From: Thiobacillus sp. UBA2186
GTDB lineage: Bacteria; Pseudomonadota; Gammaproteobacteria; Burkholderiales; Thiobacillaceae
Assembly (NCBI GenBank): GCA_002327405.1
Contig: DCVO01000141.1
Location: forward strand, 1-45,831
Reading direction: 5' to 3'
Length of the DNA stretch: 45,831 nt
This document shows, piece by piece, positions 28,073-39,102 of the stretch. Within the stretch, counting starts at the first letter, position 1, and every line of letters starts with the position of its first letter. The position numbers and the translations under genes were made by a program. The notes under the pieces are model-generated. The model was given only the letters and a program-made list of their open reading frames with translations. It ran no database searches and was not told the origin of the DNA.

Positions 28073-30331
28073 TTGGTCTGGCTGGCGCACAGCGCGAAAG
28101 GCGGTAGTCCGGCGCAAACCTATGGCGACCACGTTCAGCGTGCGGTGGCCAAGGCGCGTGAAATCGCGTCGAGCGCCAGCCATGGCTTGCCGCAGTCGGC
28201 AGCGTTTACGGAAAGCGTGGGTCTGGCAACCGAGTTCCACGACTTGGGGAAACTCGACGACGACAATCAGGCAGTGCTGGCGACTCCCTCGGGCAAGCCG
28301 TTGCCACGTGAGCACGTCGATGCCGGAACGAAGCATTTGTTCGGGCTGGGCACGCCGACCGCGTGCTTTGCCGGCATGCTAGCGTATTCGCACCACCGTG
28401 GTTTGCCCGACGTGCCAGGACAGAAAGTGCGTGGCGCGATGGCCTGGCGCGCCGAGGAGGGCAACCCACGATTCGACGCGGCGGAAGTCGTAGAACGAAC
28501 GCGCATCTTACTGCCCAACTATCTTCACCGCCACAGCGAAGCGCTCGGTCGTCCCCCTTCTACTGCCAGCGGCATGCCATTCAAACTCAGCGCGCTCGAT
28601 CTGCGGCTGGCGCTTTCGTGTCTCGCCGAAGCCGACCACGGCGACACCGCCCGCCACTACGGCGCGCCGCCCGTCGATACGCCTTTGCTGCACGCCCAAG
28701 CCCGCCTTGCGCGGCTCGACGCCTACGTCGCCAGCCTGAAATCCGGTGACACCGCGCGTGAAGTCGAACGCGCTGCCAATCGCCGTGCGCACTACGAAGC
28801 GTGCCGCAACGCAGACACCACGCCCTCGCTCGTCGAATGCGACAGCCCTGTGGGCAGCGGCAAGACCACGGCGGTGATGGCGCATTTGCTGCGCGCCGCG
28901 CACACCAAAGGCTTGCGCCGCGTGTTCGTCGTCCAGCCCTTCACCAACATCATCAACCAGTCGGTCGATACCTACCGCAAGGCGCTGATTCTAGAGGGCG
29001 AAGCGCCCGATCACGTCGTTGCCGCGCACCACCACAAGACTGACTTCGACGACCCGATGACGCGCGCGTTGACGACGCGCTGGCACGCACCCGTCGTCGT
29101 TACCACCGCCGTGCAGTTCTTCGAAACGCTGGCGAGCAATCAGCCCGCGAGCCTGCGCAAGCTGCATCAGGTCGCGCGCTCGGCGATTTTCATCGACGAA
29201 GCGCACGCCGCGCTGCCCGCCCACCTCTGGCCGCTGGCCTGGCAATGGCTGCGACAACTCGCCGAGCGCTGGGGCTGCCAGGTCGTGCTCGCTTCCGGCT
29301 CGCTCGCTCGCTTCTGGACGCTGGAAGAGTTCTACCCCGAGCCCGTCAAACCCGGCGCGCCGCGTCAGACCCGAACATTGCCGCAGCTCTTGGGCGCGAC
29401 GCAAGAAGCCCAAGCACTGCGAGCCCGACTCGACGCTGGCGAATCACGACGCATCAAGTTCCGCCAGCACCCTGACAAGCTCACGCTGAACGAACTGCTT
29501 GAATTTCTGATCGCGCTGCCCGGCCCACGCATCGCGGTTTTCAACACCGTGCAGAGCGCCGCCATCGTTGCGCTGGCCTTGGCAGAAAGAGCGGGCCGGG
29601 AAAAGGTCGAGCATCTTTCCACCGCACTCAACCCATTGGACAGGGAAACCACGCTGGCCCGCATCAAGGCGCGGCTCATCGACAAATCGGATACTAACTG
29701 GACGCTCGTCGCCACTTCGCTGGTCGAAGCCGGGGTGGATTTGTCGTTCCGCACCGGCGTGCGTGAATCGTCCGGACTGCCCAGCCTGCTTCAGTTGGGC
29801 GGGCGCGTGAACCGGCACGACGAATACGAAGAGGCGGAGGTCTGGTCGGTGAGCCTCGTACCCGACAGCGGAATCCGCCCGCATCAGGCCATGCGTATAC
29901 CGGCTTCCGTGCTGGCGCGGCTTTTCGCTCGCGACCAGGTCACGCCCGATACCTGTACCCAGGCGCTGAAACTCGAAGTGCGTGAGGCCAGCAATCTGGC
30001 GCTGGTCGGCGAGTTGTTCAAGGCCGACTCGGCCAAGCAGTTCCCGGATGTCGTTGAAAAATTCCGGGTCATCGCCTCGGACACCGTAACCGTCCTGACA
30101 CCTGGCCCTTTCCTCGACGCCATCAAGAACGGCGCGCGCCCGGATTGGAAATCCCTACAAAGCCACTGCGTGCAAATCTGGGCAACCAAAAAAATCGAGT
30201 TCGGTCTCACCCCCATCGAAACTTACCCAGGTTTGTACGCGTGGGATCTGGCCTATGACGATTTCATCGGCTACATGGCTGGTGCACTTAATGTTCATTC
30301 GGTGAAGTTCGGTGAAACGCTGATCGTATGA
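28073..30331 (+). CDS. cas3: Cas3 HD nuclease-helicase
   Basis: FHDLGK, YSHH, AEADH, SPVGSGKT, IDEAH, VATSLVEAGVDLSF, QLGGRVNR. Confidence 0.93.
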   Translation: MVWLAHSAKGGSPAQTYGDHVQRAVAKAREIASSASHGLPQSAAFTESVGLATEFHDLGKLDDDNQAVLATPSGKPLPREHVDAGTKHLFGLGTPTACFAGMLAYSHHRGLPDVPGQKVRGAMAWRAEEGNPRFDAAEVVERTRILLPNYLHRHSEALGRPPSTASGMPFKLSALDLRLALSCLAEADHGDTARHYGAPPVDTPLLHAQARLARLDAYVASLKSGDTAREVERAANRRAHYEACRNADTTPSLVECDSPVGSGKTTAVMAHLLRAAHTKGLRRVFVVQPFTNIINQSVDTYRKALILEGEAPDHVVAAHHHKTDFDDPMTRALTTRWHAPVVVTTAVQFFETLASNQPASLRKLHQVARSAIFIDEAHAALPAHLWPLAWQWLRQLAERWGCQVVLASGSLARFWTLEEFYPEPVKPGAPRQTRTLPQLLGATQEAQALRARLDAGESRRIKFRQHPDKLTLNELLEFLIALPGPRIAVFNTVQSAAIVALALAERAGREKVEHLSTALNPLDRETTLARIKARLIDKSDTNWTLVATSLVEAGVDLSFRTGVRESSGLPSLLQLGGRVNRHDEYEEAEVWSVSLVPDSGIRPHQAMRIPASVLARLFARDQVTPDTCTQALKLEVREASNLALVGELFKADSAKQFPDVVEKFRVIASDTVTVLTPGPFLDAIKNGARPDWKSLQSHCVQIWATKKIEFGLTPIETYPGLYAWDLAYDDFIGYMAGALNVHSVKFGETLIV

Positions 30332-30359
30332 ATGGGGTATATCGCGCGTTCGACAATCA

Positions 30360-30650
30360 TCACCGCCCGCCCCAATACCCAGGGCGGCGGGCCTGATTGG
30401 CGATGGCGACGATCACGATACTGTCCGCCCGCAAGCGATAGACAAGATTGAAGGGAAAACCATGCAGCGGAATACGGCGCGCGCCTCGGGAGGTTTCCGC
30501 GCCAATGGCCGGATGATCTTCCAGCAAGGACAGCACCTGGTTCAATGCCGTCTTGAAGTTGCGCGCCACGACTGGGCCGGCATGATTCAAGTAGTAATCG
30601 ACTGCCTCGCCGTATTCTGCCCTGGCGAGTTCATGCCAAAGAAACCTCAT
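30360..30650 (-). CDS. RelE/ParE family toxin
   Basis: ARAEYGEAVDYY...FPFNLVYR...IVIVAIANQARRPGYW. Confidence 0.88.
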   Translation of the reverse strand: MRFLWHELARAEYGEAVDYYLNHAGPVVARNFKTALNQVLSLLEDHPAIGAETSRGARRIPLHGFPFNLVYRLRADSIVIVAIANQARRPGYWGGR

Positions 30651-30883
30651 GCATCGGATTTACGGAGTTTTTCCTCTATCTCCGCAAAGACCTCCTCAGC
30701 GGGGATCAGCTTGGCTGTGCCGGCATCGATTTCCGCAATACGCCTTGCGATCTCCGCATCCCATGCTGCCTCGACCTCGGCACGTGGCATGGCGCTGACC
30801 CAGAGCCAGTCGGCCAGGTCGGCGCGTTCCTCGGGCGAGAGTTTCAAGGCTTCGGCCTTGAGTTGATCGATGGAAAGAGACAT
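30647..30883 (-). CDS. Addiction-module antitoxin
   Basis: ALKLSPEERADLADWL...AWDAEIARRIAEIDAG...IPAEEV; GGAGG RBS; 4-bp overlap with toxin. Confidence 0.88.
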   Translation of the reverse strand: MSLSIDQLKAEALKLSPEERADLADWLWVSAMPRAEVEAAWDAEIARRIAEIDAGTAKLIPAEEVFAEIEEKLRKSDA

Positions 30884-30945
30884 GGTGACCTCCATTCGGT
30901 TGGCGGTATCAATCACACATCAAATGGTACTCCATGGGGTTCGGA

Positions 30946-31575
30946 ATGAATAGCAACACCGACCCCATTCCGCTCTCCGCCCTCAACCATTGGGCCTACT
31001 GTCGCCGCCGCTGCGGCCTTATCCATTTGGAGGGTGAATTCACTGACAACATCCACACCGCACGCGGCAACACCGAACATGAGCGCGTCGATCGTGTCGC
31101 GCACGAAACGCTGAAAAGCGGTGCGCGTGTCGAATATGCCCTGCCTGTGTGGTCGGACCGCCTCGGTTTGATTGGCAAGTGCGACGTAGTCGAGTTCTGG
31201 CCGGACGGTACTGTTTATCCTGTCGAATACAAGCATGGGCCGAAACGAAAGTGGCTCAACGACGACATCCAGCTCGCCGCCCAGGCCATGTGTCTGGAGG
31301 AGATGCTGAACCGGCCCGTGCCCAAGGGTGCCATTTACCACGCCAGCAGCCGGCGGCGGCGCGAAGTGGCCATCACGCCGGAGCTTCGCCATTTGGTAGA
31401 GGAAACCGCGGCGGCCATCCGCGCCATGCTGGCGTCCGGCATCCTGCCGCCGCCGGCCAACGACAGCCGCTGCCGGGAGTGCTCGCTGAAAGACATTTGC
31501 CAGCCCGAGGCAATCGCCATGCACGACCAGCGTGACCAGATGGAAGTGGACCTATTCAACCCGGATGCGCCGTAA
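30946..31575 (+). CDS. cas4: Cas4
   Basis: SALNHWAYCRRR, GKCDVVEF, PVEYKHG, QLAAQAMCLEEM, CxxCS...C. Confidence 0.93.
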   Translation: MNSNTDPIPLSALNHWAYCRRRCGLIHLEGEFTDNIHTARGNTEHERVDRVAHETLKSGARVEYALPVWSDRLGLIGKCDVVEFWPDGTVYPVEYKHGPKRKWLNDDIQLAAQAMCLEEMLNRPVPKGAIYHASSRRRREVAITPELRHLVEETAAAIRAMLASGILPPPANDSRCRECSLKDICQPEAIAMHDQRDQMEVDLFNPDAP

Positions 31576-31580
31576 CCGAC

Positions 31581-32615
31581 ATGCACACCATCCAGAACAC
31601 CCTCTATGTCATGACGCCTCACGCCTATGCCCACCTGGAGAATGCCACGGTGCGCATCGACGTCGAGCGCGAGAAGAAATTGCAAGTGCCGCTGCATCAC
31701 ATCGGCGGCCTGGTCACTTTCGGCAGCATCATGGTTTCGCCCGCCCTCATGCATCGCTTAGCGGACGAGGGCAAGAGCCTGGTGCTGCTGGACGACCACG
31801 GCCGCTTCAAGGCCCGTCTGGAAGGCCCGGTCTCCGGCAACGTGCTCCTGCGACAGGCCCAGCATGCCAAGGCCAGCGATGGAAGTCATGCGCTGGAACT
31901 GGCGCGCCACATCGTGGCCGGCAAGCTGAAAAACAGCCGCTCGGTTTTGATGCGCGGCGCGCGTGAAGCCTTCGATCCCGAGGAAACGCAGCAGCTCACC
32001 CGCGCCGCCGACAATCTGGCCGCCTCATTACGTGCGGCCAAGGAGGCCGCCACCCTGGACGAATTGCGCGGCGTGGAGGGCGAGGCGGCAAGGGGCTACT
32101 TCGCCGCCCTGAATCTCGTCGTCAAACCCCAGGCCCGCGATGCTTTCGCCCTAAATGGCCGCAGCCGCCGCCCGCCGCTGGACCGCTTCAACGCCCTGCT
32201 CTCTTTTCTTTACTCCATGCTGATGAACGACTGCCGTTCCGCGCTGGAAGCGGTTGGCCTCGATCCGCAGATCGGTTTTCTGCATGCCGTGCGGCCCGGC
32301 CGCGCCGCGCTGGCTCTGGATTTACAGGAAGAATTCCGTTCAATCCTGGCCGACCGGCTGGCACTCACTCTCATCAACCGGGGCCAGCTAACCGTGGACG
32401 ACTTCGATGAGCGGGAAGGCGGCGCAGTCATGCTCAACGACAAAGGCCGCCGCAAAGTGGTTACCGCCTGGCAGGAACGCAAGCAGGAAGAAATCACCCA
32501 TCCCCTTACCGAGGGCAAAATGCCGCTGGCCCTGCTACCCTTCATCCAGGCGCGTTTCATGGCCCGCACCCTGCGCAACGAGATGGAAGCCTATCTGCCT
32601 TATCTGCATAAATAA
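31581..32615 (+). CDS. cas1: Cas1 (type I-C)
   Basis: [53 protein letters not shown]. Confidence 0.95.
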   Translation: MHTIQNTLYVMTPHAYAHLENATVRIDVEREKKLQVPLHHIGGLVTFGSIMVSPALMHRLADEGKSLVLLDDHGRFKARLEGPVSGNVLLRQAQHAKASDGSHALELARHIVAGKLKNSRSVLMRGAREAFDPEETQQLTRAADNLAASLRAAKEAATLDELRGVEGEAARGYFAALNLVVKPQARDAFALNGRSRRPPLDRFNALLSFLYSMLMNDCRSALEAVGLDPQIGFLHAVRPGRAALALDLQEEFRSILADRLALTLINRGQLTVDDFDEREGGAVMLNDKGRRKVVTAWQERKQEEITHPLTEGKMPLALLPFIQARFMARTLRNEMEAYLPYLHK

Positions 32616-32626
32616 GCGAGCCCGCC

Positions 32627-32917
32627 ATGCTGATCATCGTGACCTACGACGTCTCCACCGAAAGCCGCGAAGGCCGCCGGCGTCTGCGCCGTGTGGCCAA
32701 GATATGCGAAAGCATGGGGCAGCGCGTCCAGAAATCCGTTTTCGAATGCCAGGTCAACGACATGCAGTTCGAGCAGTTGGAGCGCGACCTGCTGGCCGAA
32801 ATCGATGAGCAGGAAGACAACCTGCGCTTCTATCGCATCACCGAGCCGGTGGAAGTCCGCGTCAAACAATACGGCACCTTCCGCTCCGTGGACTTCGAAG
32901 GCCCCTTGCTCGCATGA
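32627..32917 (+). CDS. cas2: Cas2
   Basis: [31 protein letters not shown]. Confidence 0.95.
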   Translation: MLIIVTYDVSTESREGRRRLRRVAKICESMGQRVQKSVFECQVNDMQFEQLERDLLAEIDEQEDNLRFYRITEPVEVRVKQYGTFRSVDFEGPLLA

Positions 32918-33095
32918 AGCGCGAACCCCAAGCAACGAACAAAATCCGGGAGGTTCGCGCAACGCATAACCCCTTGTTCTTTAACAATTCGGCATACAAT
33001 GGCCGTCATGGTTGCAGCCTGCCTGCCGGCCTCTCTGGCCGGTTCGCGCGCTACAACCAATTTCCGCTTTCAAATGAATTGCATGCGATAGCGGA
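32918..33095 (+). promoter_or_regulatory. CRISPR leader
   Basis: Between cas2 and the first repeat; GCGCGAACC followed by two inverted GGTTCGCGC motifs and AT-rich patches. Confidence 0.75.
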
Positions 33096-36000
33096 GCATC
33101 GCCCGGCACGCGTGCCGGGCGCGGATTGAAACGCCCGGTTCGAGCTTGATCTGCTTCGGGTCGGGATGCATCGCCCGGCACGCGTGCCGGGCGCGGATTG
33201 AAACCATCTCGATCAGTTGCGCATCGAAGTCGGCACAGGCATCGCCCGGCACGCGTGCCGGGCGCGGATTGAAACTTCAACAAGGCACTGGCGTTGCAAT
33301 CGGCCCGCTAGCATCGCCCGGCACGCGTGCCGGGCGCGGATTGAAACTGCGTTTGTGGAGAACAGCCCAATCCTCACTTCTCGCATCGCCCGGCACGCGT
33401 GCCGGGCGCGGATTGAAACGGCACGGAATGCGTTGGCTTCCTCACCAGTCCAAGCATCGCCCGGCACGCGTGCCGGGCGCGGATTGAAACCTCGACGCCC
33501 AGCGCTTCGCGCGCCTCGACTCCAGCATCGCCCGGCACGCGTGCCGGGCGCGGATTGAAACAGACCAAGTTCTGCGGCCAAGTCTTCCGTCCGTGGCATC
33601 GCCCGGCACGCGTGCCGGGCGCGGATTGAAACACGTTGGTGGGCTGCTTGGTGACGGCGGCCTTGGCGCATCGCCCGGCACGCGTGCCGGGCGCGGATTG
33701 AAACGCTCTCATTCAACCCGGCCACGCCGCTAGCCCGCAGGCATCGCCCGGCACGCGTGCCGGGCGCGGATTGAAACCAGATCTTGCCGCCGGCCGCCGC
33801 GCTGTACTCGTGCATCGCCCGGCACGCGTGCCGGGCGCGGATTGAAACAGCGTGGCAGTCGGGCAGGACAATTTGTAGGCAAGAAGCATCGCCCGGCACG
33901 CGTGCCGGGCGCGGATTGAAACTGGCGCGCAGCGGCGCGGGCGATCACCTTGGCGGGCATCGCCCGGCACGCGTGCCGGGCGCGGATTGAAACTTCAGCG
34001 CGGCGATGGTGGTTTCCTGCTCGCCGGGGCATCGCCCGGCACGCGTGCCGGGCGCGGATTGAAACTGGTGCTCGTAGTCGGTAACGTAGGGGGTCTGGCG
34101 GCATCGCCCGGCACGCGTGCCGGGCGCGGATTGAAACTTGAATCTGCCGACCAGAAAGACGACGAAGCCGGGCATCGCCCGGCACGCGTGCCGGGCGCGG
34201 ATTGAAACCATGTGCGTGGTGCGCTTGCCGGTGAAGATGTACGCATCGCCCGGCACGCGTGCCGGGCGCGGATTGAAACTTCAGCGCCCCTTCGTACTGT
34301 TGGATGTCCGTGAGGCATCGCCCGGCACGCGTGCCGGGCGCGGATTGAAACATCTACCAGATCGAAACTGTCCGGGTCATGCATGTTGCATCGCCCGGCA
34401 CGCGTGCCGGGCGCGGATTGAAACTGGAAATCCCCCCTCAGGCATCCGTCTGAACAAAAGCATCGCCCGGCACGCGTGCCGGGCGCGGATTGAAACCTTG
34501 AGCTTGCGCAGATTGCGTTCGCGCTTGGCCGCATCGCCCGGCACGCGTGCCGGGCGCGGATTGAAACGCCCATGAAAACGCTGTCCGCACGAATCGCCTA
34601 CTGGCATCGCCCGGCACGCGTGCCGGGCGCGGATTGAAACCGCCAGCACCTTGGCCCATGGGCGCTTGTCCTCAAGCATCGCCCGGCACGCGTGCCGGGC
34701 GCGGATTGAAACTGTCTGTGACATAGCATGTAACTGCTTCCGCCCCCGCATCGCCCGGCACGCGTGCCGGGCGCGGATTGAAACCGCCAGCACCTTGGCC
34801 CATGGGCGCTTGTCCTCAAGGCATCGCCCGGCACGCGTGCCGGGCGCGGATTGAAACGGTCAAGTCGGACGTGCCGCATGAGCCTCCGTCAAGCATCGCC
34901 CGGCACGCGTGCCGGGCGCGGATTGAAACTCCAGAAACGCCGGTTGCCGGCGTAATGACGACCGGCATCGCCCGGCACGCGTGCCGGGCGCGGATTGAAA
35001 CATTTCTATCTCCTTGCTTGTTGATCGTGTTACCAGGCATCGCCCGGCACGCGTGCCGGGCGCGGATTGAAACTCCAAGACGGTTGAGCGCAGCAAGCCG
35101 ATGGATGACGCATCGCCCGGCACGCGTGCCGGGCGCGGATTGAAACCTGCACTGTGGGGAAATTGTCCGGGCCGGTCTTCGCATCGCCCGGCACGCGTGC
35201 CGGGCGCGGATTGAAACGAATGGCGGGCGGATTGGTTTTTCGTGATCGGATGCATCGCCCGGCACGCGTGCCGGGCGCGGATTGAAACACCACCGAAACT
35301 TTCTCGGCAGCGGCCCTTTCCTGGCATCGCCCGGCACGCGTGCCGGGCGCGGATTGAAACTGACATGGCGAAAGGAATTGAACTAAGTGAGTCTGGCATC
35401 GCCCGGCACGCGTGCCGGGCGCGGATTGAAACTCTCCAAAGTAAAGCGTACGGGACATGGACAATGGCATCGCCCGGCACGCGTGCCGGGCGCGGATTGA
35501 AACCTGACACCTCGATGCTCGTCACGACGTTTGCAGGGCATCGCCCGGCACGCGTGCCGGGCGCGGATTGAAACTTGGAGTCGAGGTGCCGTCCGCAACC
35601 CTCTACGGGCATCGCCCGGCACGCGTGCCGGGCGCGGATTGAAACGAGAATGGGCGACGTGCAGTTCTTCCCGGCTTTGAGCATCGCCCGGCACGCGTGC
35701 CGGGCGCGGATTGAAACTGGAAGAATCGATATGATTGCATCGAAAAACTTATGGCATCGCCCGGCACGCGTGCCGGGCGCGGATTGAAACATGGGCGGGT
35801 CGTTTTCCGGGCCGGTGTCCAGATGCATCGCCCGGCACGCGTGCCGGGCGCGGATTGAAACGTGCCGGCATATGCGGTCTGCACCTCATGGAACCGCATC
35901 GCCCGGCACGCGTGCCGGGCGCGGATTGAAACAGGATCAAGGCACTCGTCAGCAGCGCCAGCATGCGGCATCGCCCGGCACGCGTGCCGGGCGCGGATTG

Positions 36001-39000
36001 AAACAAAACCGGCGAAAAGAAAATCAGCAAAAAGTAATTGCATCGCCCGGCACGCGTGCCGGGCGCGGATTGAAACCCATCCTTGCCGTCCGGAATATAG
36101 GCAAGGCGGGAGCATCGCCCGGCACGCGTGCCGGGCGCGGATTGAAACTTGTCCGCAACGGGTTTGGGCGTGGCGGCGGCGGGGCATCGCCCGGCACGCG
36201 TGCCGGGCGCGGATTGAAACCGAGCGTGGCGCGTTCAACCTTCGCCGGCACAATCCGGCATCGCCCGGCACGCGTGCCGGGCGCGGATTGAAACCCGAAG
36301 ACAATCTGCCCGCGCCGCTGCAGATCCAGCATCGCCCGGCACGCGTGCCGGGCGCGGATTGAAACTCGACCTCGCCCTCGGAGCCGAAGGCGCGCACGTG
36401 CATCGCCCGGCACGCGTGCCGGGCGCGGATTGAAACAGGTTGGCGCCGCCGATCTGCGCGGCGAGGCGGGCGCATCGCCCGGCACGCGTGCCGGGCGCGG
36501 ATTGAAACGCTCAAACAGAAAATGCCCGATGAGGTCGAATTCGGCATCGCCCGGCACGCGTGCCGGGCGCGGATTGAAACGATCTCCGCCTCGGTAAAGG
36601 TTTTCCAGAGCGGGCATCGCCCGGCACGCGTGCCGGGCGCGGATTGAAACAGCGTCCACGACTGCACGCTGAGGCTGGACACCACGGCATCGCCCGGCAC
36701 GCGTGCCGGGCGCGGATTGAAACCAGGACGTGCAGGCCAAAAAACACGAAGTTGAAGCGCATCGCCCGGCACGCGTGCCGGGCGCGGATTGAAACTCGCC
36801 ATGCCCGTGTTCGTACGGCTGCACATAACAAGCATCGCCCGGCACGCGTGCCGGGCGCGGATTGAAACCATCGGCTCCGGATTCGGCTTCGGCGCCTCGG
36901 CGAGCATCGCCCGGCACGCGTGCCGGGCGCGGATTGAAACTGCCCAAAGAATTCAAGAAGCTGAAATGAGCGCGGCATCGCCCGGCACGCGTGCCGGGCG
37001 CGGATTGAAACACCGCGATCACCGGCCTGGCCCTGACAATCGCTGCCGCATCGCCCGGCACGCGTGCCGGGCGCGGATTGAAACTTCTCTGCCGGCGTGT
37101 ATTTGAAGCGCGGGTCGAGCGCATCGCCCGGCACGCGTGCCGGGCGCGGATTGAAACAATAGGAGACTGAATCATGGCACTTACCGAATCCAGCATCGCC
37201 CGGCACGCGTGCCGGGCGCGGATTGAAACAAACACGGACAGCGGGTATTCCCACGCGCCCGGATGCATCGCCCGGCACGCGTGCCGGGCGCGGATTGAAA
37301 CCTTGATCTTCTTGGTGCTGCGGGTGAGCGAGGTGGCATCGCCCGGCACGCGTGCCGGGCGCGGATTGAAACAACAAGGAAGGCAACACCGCCATCATCC
37401 CCAGAAAGGCATCGCCCGGCACGCGTGCCGGGCGCGGATTGAAACATCGAGATGTCCGCCAACGTCGCGCGCCTGCAGGGCATCGCCCGGCACGCGTGCC
37501 GGGCGCGGATTGAAACGCCTACAGCGACGCCGCCGTGGACGGCAGCGAAGTCGCATCGCCCGGCACGCGTGCCGGGCGCGGATTGAAACACCGTGCGCGA
37601 ACTGCTGATGTCGGATCTGCGCGGCATCGCCCGGCACGCGTGCCGGGCGCGGATTGAAACGCGCTGCTTAATGCCCGCTTTGACCACGGCCGCAAAGCAT
37701 CGCCCGGCACGCGTGCCGGGCGCGGATTGAAACAGCTCCTTATGCGGCTGTGAGCGCGGCCTGGCGGACGGCATCGCCCGGCACGCGTGCCGGGCGCGGA
37801 TTGAAACCGCGTCTACGAGGGCAGCGAAACCCAGGACGTCGAGCATCGCCCGGCACGCGTGCCGGGCGCGGATTGAAACTTCCTTCATGCCGCGATCCTG
37901 TCCAGCGGGCTGGCATCGCCCGGCACGCGTGCCGGGCGCGGATTGAAACGGGCGCGGCTTCGTCCGCCAGGCCGCGCTCACAGCCGGCATCGCCCGGCAC
38001 GCGTGCCGGGCGCGGATTGAAACTACCCGTGGAGCGGCAGCGGGTTCGGGGTCAAGTTCTGCATCGCCCGGCACGCGTGCCGGGCGCGGATTGAAACCCC
38101 CGCGCTGGTGAAGGCCACACCAAAGCCGGTGCGCATCGCCCGGCACGCGTGCCGGGCGCGGATTGAAACAAAATGTTTTCGCGCATTTCCTCGAACCACG
38201 GGCGGCATCGCCCGGCACGCGTGCCGGGCGCGGATTGAAACGGTCTGTTTGCGGGTGAGGTCGGCCACCAGCCGCTGCATCGCCCGGCACGCGTGCCGGG
38301 CGCGGATTGAAACGGCTCAATTCAAGCGTTGATCCCAAGCCATCGCGCTGCATCGCCCGGCACGCGTGCCGGGCGCGGATTGAAACTCGAGCTGCGCGTA
38401 GCGCAGGACGCTACCGGCGGGCATCGCCCGGCACGCGTGCCGGGCGCGGATTGAAACATCAATAATCTGGCAAAGTGCCCATGCAATCCGGGCATCGCCC
38501 GGCACGCGTGCCGGGCGCGGATTGAAACTGGATGCATTGTTGTGTTTACGCGCAAAGGCGGCGGGCATCGCCCGGCACGCGTGCCGGGCGCGGATTGAAA
38601 CGGTTGGCGCCGCCGATCTGCGCGGCGAGGCGGGCATTGCATCGCCCGGCACGCGTGCCGGGCGCGGATTGAAACTACCTGGTCGAGCCCGGAAAGGGAA
38701 ATTCTTTCGTGCATCGCCCGGCACGCGTGCCGGGCGCGGATTGAAACTTTGTTACGGGTAAAGGTATAGCCGGTTTCGACAAGCATCGCCCGGCACGCGT
38801 GCCGGGCGCGGATTGAAACATCTCTCTTGCTCCTGTTCGTTGTGCGGGCGTTCGCATCGCCCGGCACGCGTGCCGGGCGCGGATTGAAACTTGTCACCGA
38901 TGCCATGCGGCCGCACGTACAGGCGGCATCGCCCGGCACGCGTGCCGGGCGCGGATTGAAACTCACTGGGGAAGGGGTACTTCGTCGACGGCAGCCGGCA

Positions 39001-39010
39001 TCGCCCGGCA
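33096..39010 (+). CRISPR. CRISPR array: 82 copies of GCATCGCCCGGCACGCGTGCCGGGCGCGGATTGAAAC (37 bp), 82 spacers of 33-37 nt, truncated terminal repeat at 38998-39010
   Basis: Read and counted by hand; ATTGAAAC 3' end and leader position give + orientation. Confidence 0.98.
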
Positions 39011-39025
39011 TAGGCCATATGGCAT

Positions 39026-39045
39026 ATGGCGAAAACGCCATTTTT
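39026..39045 (+). terminator. Candidate terminator for the pre-crRNA
   Basis: ATGGCG-aaaa-CGCCAT followed by TTTT. Confidence 0.45.
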
Positions 39046-39102
39046 GTCTAGACTCAATTCGATTCGGGTTTGAACCTGAGGCCTCAGACAACAGGGGAAA
39101 CA

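Noticed and set aside
36869-36903. Spacer 53 resembling the Pro/Glu/Ala linker of mshN (possible self-targeting)
   Set aside because: Only low-complexity similarity; I saw no convincing self-match for any spacer, but did not search exhaustively
37158-37192. Spacer 57 containing an RBS and ATG (AGGAG...ATGGCACTT)
   Set aside because: Most simply a captured gene start from the invader; no evidence of function in the array
32981-39051. Many ORFs with IARHACRARIET / FQSAPGTRAGRC repeats
   Set aside because: Translations of the CRISPR repeat, not genes
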